This document shows, piece after piece, positions 23,265-35,221 of a DNA stretch of 42,542 nucleotides; position 1 is the first letter of the stretch, and every line of letters begins with the position of its first letter. The DNA comes from Octopus bimaculoides (Eukaryota). The position numbers and the translations under genes were made by a program. The notes beneath the pieces were generated by a model. The model was given only the letters and a program-made list of their open reading frames with translations. It searched no databases and was not told the origin of the DNA. The stretch covers positions 52,062,673 to 52,105,214 of the forward strand of contig NC_068987.1 of assembly GCF_001194135.2 (NCBI RefSeq). Reading direction: 5' to 3'.

Positions 23265-24120
23265 TTATTTAAGTTCGTTAGATCATTTCCCTTATTTCAT
23301 ATTATCTGCCGTATAGCAATGTCATACATCATGATTTTGTCATTAAACTTTGTGACGTTTATATACTTTAGTAGAGGTTCTCTATTAACCATGTCAGTAA
23401 ACTCAATGTTGCTGAGTTTCCTCATATCTCGTTCTGTTTCTGCAACTTTTTCTCTATTGTTATTCTTCTCAAACTCTGTATCATAATTATTTCGGTATTC
23501 CTCAGGTAGATCTGTGTTTACATAATTTTCCACATTTTTTCTCTTCGCTATTTATTCATTTTCTTCGTGGTCCAATTTTATTGCTCTTAAGATAGGTTCT
23601 AATTACCTATTTCATCTGCATGATTGCTGCATTCATTTGAATTACCATGAGATATTTGCTTCATAATTTAGTCAATTTCAGCGTCCGACAAATTTGTTCT
23701 TTAATGATGCATTTACGTAAATTTCCTAATTTATTTCCATCTATACGGTGTCATACCCCACTACCATTTAAATTCAAAGGTTATACTTTGGGAATAACCG
23801 GCCATGTATAAATGCCTTCAAACATCACTAGTCCATTTAATGCGATTTTATGGTGTTTTTTGTGGCGTCACTACAGGTCTAGGATTATGATGATCTTTGT
23901 TCTGGTTACCAGGTAGATCGTCTTTTTCAGAGTTTGCTCCATCAGCAGACTTTTGGGCTACAACCTAGTCACCTACTGGATAACGCGGCCTTTGTTGGCC
24001 CGGGCGATATCCGATCCAACACAAGATTTGGCTTGTCATAGAAACATTGACGTTGACACTGGGAGACGAGTCTGTATTTAATAGTTAACTTCTTCACAGA
24101 ACACTGATTTCCAGTTCTTT
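23265..24120 (-). mobile_element. Second, diverged Dong/R4-like 5' fragment (5' UTR and ORF N-terminus)
   Basis: Minus-strand NRIKWT, IDGNKLGNLRKCIIK and TDMVNREPL...IAIRQII...DLTNLN are collinear with KWP, SNKLANVR and ALKDII...DTTGL of the plus copy. Confidence 0.65.
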
Positions 24121-24305
24121 CTATGGATATGTTTCCAATACCGCAATCGTATAAGGATTGTACATCGAAATCACCTAATTCTATTTTAATTTGAGGATAC
24201 ATTTCCGGACATAATATTCTAAATGTGTTTTAAACTTGGTGATTATCTCCTTTTTGTGTTCGTAGAAAATAATTGTGTTTTTGTTTCGACTTGCTTCGCT
24301 TGTGA

Positions 24306-24377
<72 letters not shown>

Positions 24378-24414
24378 CGTGTGGGTGCGATGTAAACACT
24401 ATGTAGTTTATGAA

Positions 24415-24627
24415 TATTAATTTCAAATTTTGGTACTGGGCCAGCAATTCTGGGGAAGGGGTAAGTCGGTTACATCGAACCCAGTGCTTAACTGATACTT
24501 AGTTTATCGACCCCGAAGGGTAATATGCAAAGTAGACCTCGACTAAATATGAACTCAGAACGTAGAGACGGACGAAACGCCGCCAAGCATTTTGTCCAGC
24601 GTGCTAACAATTCTACCAGCTCGCCGC
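24415..24627 (-). mobile_element. SINE family B
   Basis: Minus-strand head GCGGCGAGCTGGTAGAATTG, B box GAGTTCATATTT and central TTCGGGGTCGATAAACTAAGTATCAG. Confidence 0.85.
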
Positions 24628-25240
24628 ATTAATGTAGTTTATAAATATTAAGATGAGTTCAGGCATAAACAGTTGGATGTATACGTAATTAATTTACGTA
24701 CTTACTGTGTATTTAGTGTCCTTTTACACGGTCCCTTATATTGGTTTCGATTTTTTGCACGTCCCATCGCGATATCTTGCATAGAAGAAAGTATATTTGA
24801 TATAACTTTTATCGCCGATGTATTTAGAAGTTTTCTTTCCATTTCACTAATGTTGTTGGAGTAAATTTGTTTCGTGGATAGATTCTTAGTGCACGCCTAC
24901 GTTGTTCTTTAGCACCTTATTATTATCATTAGTAGTAGTATTCATTATTATTGCATCATTGTCATTCATCCTCATCGTCATCATCATCATAATAATTTCT
25001 TTTATTTTCCACCAGGATGAAGGATCAGGTGGACAATACCAAGGCAGACATTAGGTGTGGACTTTACACAAAGATCAAGATAAGTATATACGGTGTACAA
25101 TAAGCAAAGGCAGGGAGTATACACAGTATGCAATAGTAATAAAAAAAGAGTGACGGTGATGTGGTTCCCCTGATACAGGAAGATATCTAATGATCATCGA
25201 TGCACCCTGTCACCAATTGTCCTTCCCCGATTCTTAGGTA

Positions 25241-25241
25241 T

Positions 25242-25282
<41 letters not shown>

Positions 25283-25362
25283 AATAATAATAATAATAAT
25301 AACAATAATAATAATAATAATAATTATTATTATTATTATTATTATTATTATCATCATCATCA
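25241..25362. repeat. Compound microsatellite (ACA)n-(AAT)n-(ATT)n-(ATC)n
   Basis: Directly visible; includes an (AAT)n/(ATT)n strand switch at ~25322. Confidence 0.95.
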
Positions 25363-26516
25363 ACATTATAAAGAACAATGAATAAATAAATGATTGGATG
25401 AATGAATGACTAAATCAATAAATTCTATCGAAGAAGTTTCGATAGGATAAACATCTGAAACTTTCGCAGCTGAATCTGAGATATGCGTTGCAAATATGAA
25501 ATTTTTCTGCAACAACGAGCTCGAGAAAGAAGCAGTATACAAAGTGAACAAAATATATTAAACAAATGATTGAATTTGCGTAAGAACAAGATTTATCAAT
25601 GTAGACATAATACATACATACGTTCTAACATGCGCATAATTATATACACATATTATGTGTGTGTATGTGAGTACATATACACAAAAATATGTACATATGT
25701 ATACATGCATACACATAATAACAGTTCGATTACGCTCCAAGCAACATAGCTTCGGGAAGTAATACAACGAACCTAGCTCTTGGATCCTTGCTAACAGATT
25801 CAGTTGTCTACATATATGTTTACAAATGAGGGTAGAAATTGATTGAATGTAATTTGTAGAACTCTACACATGCTCCCTTTCGGGTGGACGTCTTGTGTCT
25901 AGTTATGGAAATCACATTGCGAATCGACGGACTACGCTGACGATCCTGCAGATATTTACTTATGTAAATTTTAACAGGTGAAACCATGGTACGTAGGTTA
26001 ATCATTTTTTTATTTAGTATTTTTTCATTTGTCTTACCCTCTTACAGTCTGTTGTGTCGCTGAATTTTTACTGAGAACATATATTTTTTTCGTGGTTAGA
26101 TGATTCGGCATCTATTTCTAGCATATAGGAGTCCACTTTTGCTGGTCATTCCTCTTATTTTTGTATATATGTTTACATGTGGCAGAATCAAAGACTTAAT
26201 ATATAATAAATGTAACTCCTAGCAAATGTATTGAATGCTGCTTTCTCTCTATATATATATACCCATACATATAACTCTGCGAGAAAAGAGTTGTTCTTTC
26301 CCAGGGATATTTATCCAATCGTACATCGGTTTGCATAATTACTAGTGCTTATTGTTGGTTCTTCTCCGATATTTGTACCTTACACTTTTGAAATTCTAGT
26401 TGTCACTATAGATGTTTCCAACTTTTCGATATAGGTGAAACATTTTAACAGCATAAAGAAAATGGAGAATCCATACAGAGTATAATAAATATATTTATTA
26501 TAATAGCCAATTCATG

Positions 26517-26612
26517 TTGCCTGCGTATGTTTCGGTTAAAATACACAAATCCATATGTATGCAATTAAATTTCATTATGAATTTGAAAAAGCAAAAACCT
26601 TCATCAGGGCAA
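26517..26612 (-). ncRNA. Degenerate type I hammerhead-like motif with a large stem II insertion
   Basis: Minus strand reads TTGCC-CTGATGA-A-GGTT-[58 nt]-AACC-GAAA-C-ATAC-G-C-A-GGCAA. Stem I is 5 bp and the stem II closure is 4 bp; conserved U16.1 is C. Confidence 0.4.
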
Positions 26613-27173
26613 AAATTGATTGTTATCAAGGTAAAACGTGACTGTTATTCCAGCTGAATTATAGCATGTGTGTTCTAAAAATTGCTAGAGGTCGATTTTG
26701 AACTCACTGGTCAATGGATAGGTATAGTTTAGAAGAGCTGGGACATGTTACTATTTTTACGAGCTAGTCATTTATCTTTATTTCTATTCAGTATGTCTGT
26801 AAACCTGCCTTAACCATTTGCACTATCTATCATGTTCATAATATATATCTAAATGTTCTTATTCATTGGTAAAAATGATAAATCTGGGTATGTACTTATT
26901 TGCTGCCTTCTACTTATTTACTTTTGTTTATTCTTATTGTAAGAAGTTATAATAATTGTCATTTATATAAATTATATATTTAGATATATTAGTTGACAGT
27001 TTGCCTTCTTACTTATACTTATCTATTTAATAGCAGAGAAGTATAACTCTTGTTGATCACATACACAGCATTTATTTTTCTAAAATCATTTAAATACAAA
27101 GAAAGTATTTAAGAACTTCAGTCGTATTGTATTATAATACAGTGTTTATCTAAATTTATTTAAATTCAATAAG

Positions 27174-27239
27174 TATATATCTTTAACTTTATGAACAGAC
27201 AAAATAAATATATATCTTTAACTTTATGAACAGACAAAA
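27174..27239. repeat. Perfect 31-bp direct duplication (period 35) within a diverged AT-rich tandem array
   Basis: TATATATCTTTAACTTTATGAACAGACAAAA at 27174-27204 and 27209-27239. Confidence 0.9.
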
Positions 27240-27563
27240 CCTTTCCCCACTCATCATTAGCATTATTTATTTAACTATAATTTTTGATAGTTTGGGTTCC
27301 TATATTTTCGTCTATTTAATTACTAGTGTAGAAGCACGATTATTATATACGCGGTGTTTAATTTTTAACTAACACTATTTTAATTCAACGAAAGTATATT
27401 CAACTTTATGAATTATTCTTATGTATAATTGTATCATTCACACAGTGTCTATTTAATTATATTCATTTCAAGTATTTAAATTCATTAAACGTATATTTAA
27501 CCCTATACACATAACAAAACCTCTTTCTCTCTTGTTGCTTAATAATTTGTGTTTTCATGTAAG

Positions 27564-27950
27564 AATTTGAGCAACCGGGGCTTTATCAACAGGAGCAAAC
27601 AATATAAATTTTGCTTGTCAGAGAGAACAAGAATCTTAAAAGGAGAAAAATTACAGGCAAAAAATATTCAATCAGTGCCCTCATTTAAAACGTTTCCTAA
27701 TTCGGACTTGTAATTCTACATTCATTGAATAGTCTCGCCACAACTCTTTCAAATATCACCACTACCGAAGTCAATTTCAGGAGAATAACCCCGTGCCTTC
27801 CGCGACACAGAAAATTAGTCTTTATTTACAAAACCAACAGACTGTTACGTATTTCTTCTTGTTGTAGCGAGATTCAATGCTTTCAGCCAACTGATTCTGA
27901 TGAGTCGCTTTATACGGCTAAGTATCTTATGGGTGTGAAGCCAATAGTTA
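27564..27950 (+). mobile_element. Possible Penelope-like 3' remnant with a decayed hammerhead-like motif
   Basis: Peptide GFINRSKQYKFCLSERTRIL resembles the PLE C-terminal ..N.SK.C.LCL.EK..IL motif as I recall it. CTGATGA (27897-27903) is followed by the hairpin GTCG-CTTTATA-CGGC, then TAAG instead of GAAA. Confidence 0.3.
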
Positions 27951-27979
27951 CTATATGACCAGCCATGACTTTTACCTCC

Positions 27980-28015
27980 TCAATATACATGTATGTATGT
28001 ATGTATGTATGTATG

Positions 28016-28046
<31 letters not shown>

Positions 28047-28166
28047 GGACGCATATATAGATATATACATATATTACATACACACACATATATATACATA
28101 TACATATATATATGTACATATACATGTATATATACATACACATGTATATGAGGACGCATATATATG

Positions 28167-28208
<42 letters not shown>

Positions 28209-28210
28209 GG
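27980..28210. repeat. Compound (ATGT)n/(TA)n/(TG)n microsatellite
   Basis: Directly visible. Confidence 0.95.
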
Positions 28211-28904
28211 TGTGTGAGTGTTTGTAAGCATGTAAGTATGTGAGGGCGCATGGCTCAGTGATTTGGCTGTTACACTACAATCATTTCGACACCTGACTTG
28301 TGATACACAATGTTCCTGTTCAGACAACGTCTATTTTATGGAAAGAGTGAGATAGTGTAATACGAGAGAGGGAGAGAGAGATAGAGAGATAGATAGAGAG
28401 GGGGCGATATATGGAGACTGAAAGAATAGAGAGAGAAGTCACTGCAATGACTTCCTGCAACGTTTCTAAGGTAAAACTCATCATTTACCTATTACACTAT
28501 TTCTCTCAGTTGGAGATGAGAAATTCATCTGATTTTGATTTGTGTATTTTAAGTGATATTCTACATTTGTAAAATTATGTGTAAGTATTATGGATCCAGT
28601 AAAAGTGAAATAAAAATAAAATAAAAATGACGCTGCTGAAAATAAAAATATATTTCTTACGTCTAATGGCTCAGAGGACAATATTCTCCGATTCTCAATA
28701 TAAGAAAATTAAACACTCTCACATACGCTCATACACAGATGCACACATGCAAAAAACAAAAGCTATACTCTTGTACAATAAAAATATTCAGTTACTTGAG
28801 TATCAATTTACATCGTTAGTAACCTCTTGTAAGTACACAATTTAACAATTGTTATATCTCAACTTTCAAAAGTCTCGATAATATACATTTTATTTAGATG
28901 CAAA

Positions 28905-29290
28905 GCCTTAAAATTTGGAGGGAGGCGTTTCGCTAATTAAATCAACTCACTTCTTGATTGATACTTTATTCTATTCAGCAGGCTGAATGAAAAAGCAGAA
29001 TTCCTCCTCGGCCAACGTGGAACGCAGATCATAAACCATTGTAACTTGGCAAACATTTCTCTTGATGCTCTTAAGATTCTGGCCATCTACCGTGCGTATA
29101 TCTGTGTCTACATTGACACAAATTTTGAGAGTAAGAAGTTAATAGACACCATCAACCTAAGTACTTGACTAGTACTTTATTTTCTGGAACAATAAAAGAA
29201 TGAAAGACAAAGTTGACCTCGACGGAATATGGGGACAGAAATTAGATCCAGAAGAAATACTGCAATCATTTTGTCCGAAGCCCTTTCGAT
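28905..29290 (-). mobile_element. Two old, diverged SINE family B copies in tandem
   Basis: Tail-like AAATTTGGAGGGAGG at ~28912 and AAATTTTGAGAG at ~29121. The second copy has TACTTGACTAGTACTTTATT...GAATGAAAGACAAAGTTGACCTCGACGGAAT matching family B. Confidence 0.55.
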
Positions 29291-30949
29291 TATAATTAAT
29301 ACTATTTGTGCTATTAATCATCGCAATTTCATATTGTGAGCTATTATTGTTTCAATTAATAATGATTTTTTTATTGTGTACTTTTTTTTGTTTTTATATT
29401 GCTTCCTTGTTTCGTTGTAGTATATTTAATATTGAATTTCAACCGAACAATATTTTGTTTCCGCCATCATTCAGGTAGGAAACTGTTCTGTTTAGCAGTT
29501 TTAGAAACAAGTACAACGTTAATAGATGAGCTACGAGTAACATTTTTCCTGATAATTCCAGTTTCTCAAACGAAAATATCAAGATGAATACCATTATGGA
29601 ACCGCTGTGAACTTACATTCCATACCATACGTTAATTGCAAGGAAAGACTAATTTTGGACGCTCAGTAATTCCGAAGCTTATCAAATACTTCAACTTATC
29701 AAAAAAGAAAAAGAAAGAGGAACGACGAAAAAAAATATCATTCATGATCGATCAATTAATTGCAGCTATGCAGCCACTAGGAAATTAAGGTATGGGGCGT
29801 ATGAGAATTGCGTCTCATTGATATCACTGTAAATTACCTTCATCTGACATGTAAAAAATGATCAAAGCTTCTCATAACAAAGAACTACAAGAGATATAGA
29901 ATTCTAGTTCGTACAAGAAATTAATGGTAGAAATTTATCAAATATCGCAATTGTATACATGTAAATCGTACAGAGATATCGTGAGTTTGTTCAACGTGGA
30001 TAAGTTTCAAATAGGTTTCAAGTAACTTGCTATGATACGGGAAAGAAAGCGTATTTCACCTACCACGCATGTCCTCTCATACCGTCGGTTATTTCTTAAT
30101 ATGTAAAATATGTACACGTGTTCATAAAGAAGCATATGAATATAAACATATAATCAGCCGATAATACTAAAAGATAAACATTTCCATTATATTGAACAGA
30201 ACAACTGGATAATATAATAAATCATGTATAAAAATAGAAAAGTAAATAATATCTAAGAGAGAGGCCAATATGTGTACATAGTGGTTTCGAGGTGTAGAAT
30301 TACAGAACCGTCAGTCATTAGAGGGTACAATATGAAAAATGATTATGGCATTAAATATGGGTATAACAGATTGGAATCTTATACAAATGACGGAATGTCT
30401 GAATATGGCATAATACATTATCTGTTACAAAGGCGAGACAGAATTAAGGTTAACCGAGTTAAGGAATTACTCATTTTTATTGATCTGCGTTAGAAGGTTT
30501 CTTAGTGATAAAAAGGATATTAAGTAACTTTACAAATAGCCGAATTGTTTGCATATGATCTAATACGTTACGTATCAATAAGGTGAGAGAAAATTATTGT
30601 TAACATGGGAAGGGATTATTCAATTGCATTGATCTAGGTAATAAAGTTTATTAGTTCTTTTATGATAATTCACTGTAAGGTTATGTATAGCAAACATACA
30701 TGAACGATTTGTATTAAGGTGCTGCAAATAAAGGGTAATAAGCATTTTTACTAATATCTGAATATCCGAAATATAGTCGAACACATTAATTATTACCAAG
30801 GTGAGGGAAAAATATGATTAACCAAGCTAGGGAAGTATTGGTGACCGTACTATAATAATTAAGTGTAACGTTAGGTATAGTTAGCAAATAGGAATGATTT
30901 GCATTTAAGGGCTGGTAACTTACAATTGATTCATTACGTTGACCAGCAA

Positions 30950-31680
30950 TATTCAATTCAATTTTCTGAATATGGAACGCCTTAGATACATAGAGCACAC
31001 ACCAGTTACCACCACATATATATGGTCGTGCATTACATAAAAAGGAGAAAGCAATTTTAAATTCAACGTAACATTTTCGGTGGGGGAATGTACAAATTTA
31101 GTTTGGGATGTACTGTTGACCTTTTATTTATGCCTAAATCTAGATTTGCGAAGTTTAAATGAAGAATAGGTTGCTCCAATATGAAGGTGTGCTTTACCAA
31201 GAGCAGTCATAGGGCAATTCTACATTATATTTTTCTTAAGGCACTGGTTATTAATGGCTCATAGTGATAAATTACAGTAGTTATATAGAGGAAATTTGAT
31301 CTGATTCTTAATAGGTATGATGTGTTCAGCTTTAGTTTCACTAATAGTACTATTTTTGGAATCTGGTATATATATAGATTATTTGCAATAGATGTATTAC
31401 AGTTATTTCGGTGACTATGAAATGTGTTATTGGATGGATGAGATTTGTATAAGTTGCACAGTTAAATTTACACTGGTTAAATCTTGCTATATAATCTGCA
31501 ATATTAGACATGGTAGAGTATACCAGTTTAACTGTGTCTATTAAAAATTATATGATACGGGCTAGATTTAGGTTAGTGTTTATCTATAGCTTGAAAATCT
31601 TTGGATACACATTAGAAGCGACACTTAGACAAGAGTGGATGAGTCTGATCACAAGATATTCATAGCAAATCTACTTTTAA
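30950..31680 (+). mobile_element. Possible ancient CR1/L2-like RT fossil
   Basis: Very degenerate collinear motifs: ALDT (~AFDT), HQL...YG, VIGQFYIIF (~VLGPLLFIIF), VQL*FH (~WQL.FN) and LYDT. Stops and frameshifts throughout. Confidence 0.3.
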
Positions 31681-31798
31681 TATTATATAAATTATAAATT
31701 GCTTATTCATATTAGAAATAGTAGGACCTAAATTAATTTCGTTATAATGGTAATTAACCTGGATTATGCTAGCTGATTTAATCACAGGGTTACTGATC

Positions 31799-31972
31799 TT
31801 TTTCTTCTTCTTCTTCTTCTTCTTCTTCTTCTTCTTCTTCTTCTTCTTCTTCTTCTTCTTCTCCTGCTGCTGCTACTGCCGCTTCTTCTTCTTCTTCTTC
31901 TTCTTCTTCTTCTTCTTCTTCTTCTTCTTCTTCTTCTTCTTCTTCTTCTTCGTCTTCTTCTTTTTCTTTTTC
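31799..31972. repeat. (CTT)n-(CTG)n-(CTT)n polypyrimidine microsatellite
   Basis: Directly visible. Confidence 0.95.
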
Positions 31973-32459
31973 TCCTCCACCTCCCCTTCACCCTGTATCC
32001 AACTTTCAGCGTTTGAAAAGATGCTGTAATTCTACATATCGTAGCAGCGATATCTGACTGGCATGAAATGACCGGTGCGTCCTATTGAGGAGATCCAGTA
32101 GACCGAAATCACGTGATATGGAAATCCCGTAGCCCATGACAGACGAATTTTATCTGCTACGATCTATGTTTGTGCTTTTATGCACCAATCGCCTAAATGA
32201 GAGGATCTTTCAAGGTGAATAACGCAGTATTCGGCGTCCTAATAAAGAATCCATGTTAAGTTGTAACTAAAAATTACCTTTTGGTATAGATACTGCTTCC
32301 GTTGTTAATAATTAATTTCAATAGCGTTGATAAATTAGGGGAGGAATTTCACACGTCCACAAACTTTTGCAAAGACTCTGAGGCTAGTTCCATGAAGGAA
32401 GGAAATTTTCATATATTGAAGACATAAGTAGTATAATATAAAGACAAAGTTTTGATGAC

Positions 32460-32501
32460 GACAACCATGATCGTCTTGAGAACAGGACGATCATGGTTGT
32501 C
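32460..32501. repeat. Perfect 16-bp inverted repeat with a 10-nt spacer
   Basis: GACAACCATGATCGTC-ttgagaacag-GACGATCATGGTTGTC. Confidence 0.95.
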
Positions 32502-33150
32502 CAATAACGATTATTACCCAATTCTTCTATTGTGTTCCATGTTTCTGAAGACAATGTGTTATAGATATGATGGATAATAAATTGTTCTTTCTATGCATAA
32601 CCGGTAGAATGAACAATTAGAATATATATAAAGATAATTTACCACCTGATTGGAAGAGACTCCCAGTTTTTCCCCAGTAGAATATTTACATATTTATGTA
32701 TTTTTAAAGATATTGACGTACGAAATTAATTGTTTTTTACAGTTCTAAAAAAGATTTGAGATATTGATTGTTAAAGGCTATGATTTAAGATATGTCTATT
32801 GGAAGTATTAGAAACCACGAATTTCATATGCATAGATTTCTGCATGAATTTATGAGGGAAAAAAATAATTTTGTGACTTTGGTGCTCGCGTTCTTGCTAG
32901 TGATAGAGAGATTAAGCATATCTTCAAGTGAGATCTTAGACTACCGCAAAATCAACTACGGTTTAATTTTTTGGAACACACCTGAAAAATAGAATGTAAC
33001 TACTCGCTAAATAAGAAAAAGCGGAAATGTACAACGCATATCTGAGTGACGGACAACTTCATAAACATGTACTGTATATTAAATAGGTGAGAGTGATATC
33101 TTTCTTGAGGACATTAATAGCATAATTAAGTACAACCAATAATTGAATAT

Positions 33151-33230
33151 AATAACAACAATATTATAAAAATAATAACAACAATATTATAAAAATAATA
33201 ACAATATTATAACAGTAATAACAAATATAT
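33151..33230. repeat. 23-bp AT-rich minisatellite, about 3.5 decaying copies
   Basis: AATAACAACAATATTATAAAAAT starts at 33151 and 33174, followed by shortened copies. Confidence 0.85.
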
Positions 33231-33892
33231 CATTAAAATAACAACCATAGTGCTCTCATCAGCGCAAAGGCGAGCGTTATTAAACTAAAGAAGAATAATT
33301 AAATATTATCCTCTTGTGTGATCAATATACTCTAAGCCATAGCCATCCAAATTACTGTTCAACGAACAACACTTAATTAGATCAATGTCCAAAGTTAGTA
33401 CAGGTTTAAACAATTAAGACACAATGATTTATATTGTAGTATTATCGTTAATTGGTATTTCATAGCATAGTAAGGACTACAAACCGTGCACGAGTATAAA
33501 ATATAGTTCTCAACATCAATGCAAACCAAAGAAAAATTTGTGAACTTCATTCACTTTTGAGTGTATGTGTGTATGTATGTATTTATGAATGCATGTATGT
33601 ATGTATGCGTATGTATTTATATGTGTGTATATAGATACACATATCCATTTGTACGCACAGAGGTTTATCTATCTACACATACGCGCATCTCTCGCTCTTC
33701 AATGGTGTGTATATTTCTCTCTATATTTGTAGATGTATATATGCATGCTAATATACTTTATTGTATTTCTCTCTATCTAAGCATATACGCAATCACACAG
33801 GTACATCAACGCGCACGCACGTACACACACACATACACACACACATATATGTACGTATAAATGTCTGTATATATGCATAAATGCACACACAC

Positions 33893-33937
<45 letters not shown>

Positions 33938-33984
33938 TGCAATATACTTTAAGAAAATTTTGAGAGAGATGATATTACGAAAAC

Positions 33985-34074
33985 TACTCAAGGCTACAAA
34001 ATCTCCGGGTTCAGTCCCACTGCGTGGCATCTTGGGCAGATGTCTTCTACTATAGCCTCGGGACGACCAAAGCC
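33985..34074 (+). mobile_element. SINE family A fragment running into a gap
   Basis: CCGGGTTCAGTCCCACTGCGTGGCATCTTGGGCAGATGTCTTCTACTATAGCCTCGGGACGACCAAAGCC, near-identical to 3617-3687. Confidence 0.85.
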
Positions 34075-35221
34075 NNNNNNNNNNNNNNNNNNNNNNNNNN
34101 NNNNNNNNNNNNNNNNNNNNNNNNNNNNNNNNNNNNNNNNNNNNNNNNNNNNNNNNNNNNNNNNNNNNNNNNNNNNNNNNNNNNNNNNNNNNNNNNNNNN
34201 NNNNNNNNNNNNNNNNNNNNNNNNNNNNNNNNNNNNNNNNNNNNNNNNNNNNNNNNNNNNNNNNNNNNNNNNNNNNNNNNNNNNNNNNNNNNNNNNNNNN
34301 NNNNNNNNNNNNNNNNNNNNNNNNNNNNNNNNNNNNNNNNNNNNNNNNNNNNNNNNNNNNNNNNNNNNNNNNNNNNNNNNNNNNNNNNNNNNNNNNNNNN
34401 NNNNNNNNNNNNNNNNNNNNNNNNNNNNNNNNNNNNNNNNNNNNNNNNNNNNNNNNNNNNNNNNNNNNNNNNNNNNNNNNNNNNNNNNNNNNNNNNNNNN
34501 NNNNNNNNNNNNNNNNNNNNNNNNNNNNNNNNNNNNNNNNNNNNNNNNNNNNNNNNNNNNNNNNNNNNNNNNNNNNNNNNNNNNNNNNNNNNNNNNNNNN
34601 NNNNNNNNNNNNNNNNNNNNNNNNNNNNNNNNNNNNNNNNNNNNNNNNNNNNNNNNNNNNNNNNNNNNNNNNNNNNNNNNNNNNNNNNNNNNNNNNNNNN
34701 NNNNNNNNNNNNNNNNNNNNNNNNNNNNNNNNNNNNNNNNNNNNNNNNNNNNNNNNNNNNNNNNNNNNNNNNNNNNNNNNNNNNNNNNNNNNNNNNNNNN
34801 NNNNNNNNNNNNNNNNNNNNNNNNNNNNNNNNNNNNNNNNNNNNNNNNNNNNNNNNNNNNNNNNNNNNNNNNNNNNNNNNNNNNNNNNNNNNNNNNNNNN
34901 NNNNNNNNNNNNNNNNNNNNNNNNNNNNNNNNNNNNNNNNNNNNNNNNNNNNNNNNNNNNNNNNNNNNNNNNNNNNNNNNNNNNNNNNNNNNNNNNNNNN
35001 NNNNNNNNNNNNNNNNNNNNNNNNNNNNNNNNNNNNNNNNNNNNATATATATATATATATATATATATAAATTGTAAATCCAAAAAATAACACCAAAAAT
35101 ACAAAGGATTCTGCGGTACACGTGTTTCAAGCTTTATATCAGTGTATAATTTACAATACAAAGCTATCTTGCTGTTTCTTTTCAGATATGATCAGTAAAA
35201 AGGTAATCAAAATTCATTAAA

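Noticed and set aside
23975-24035. GC-rich hairpin in the Dong-like 5' region as a possible HDV-like ribozyme
   Set aside because: Forms a simple nested hairpin (GGATATCGC/GCGTTATCC around GGCC/GGCC); no P2/P1.1 pseudoknot or typical L3 could be found.
28243-28330. GGCGCATGGCTCAGTG tRNA/SINE-like head
   Set aside because: A box only, no B box; at most a very old SINE relic, and not a tRNA gene.
33100-33270. Minus-strand CTGATGAGAGCAC (33256-33262)
   Set aside because: The complementary stem II strand and GAAAC are absent; the sequence runs into a minisatellite.
35185-35207. Micro-exon-like AG|ATATGATCAGTAAAAAG|GT upstream of the Tc1 ATG
   Set aside because: Probably part of the Tc1 5' region; no independent support.
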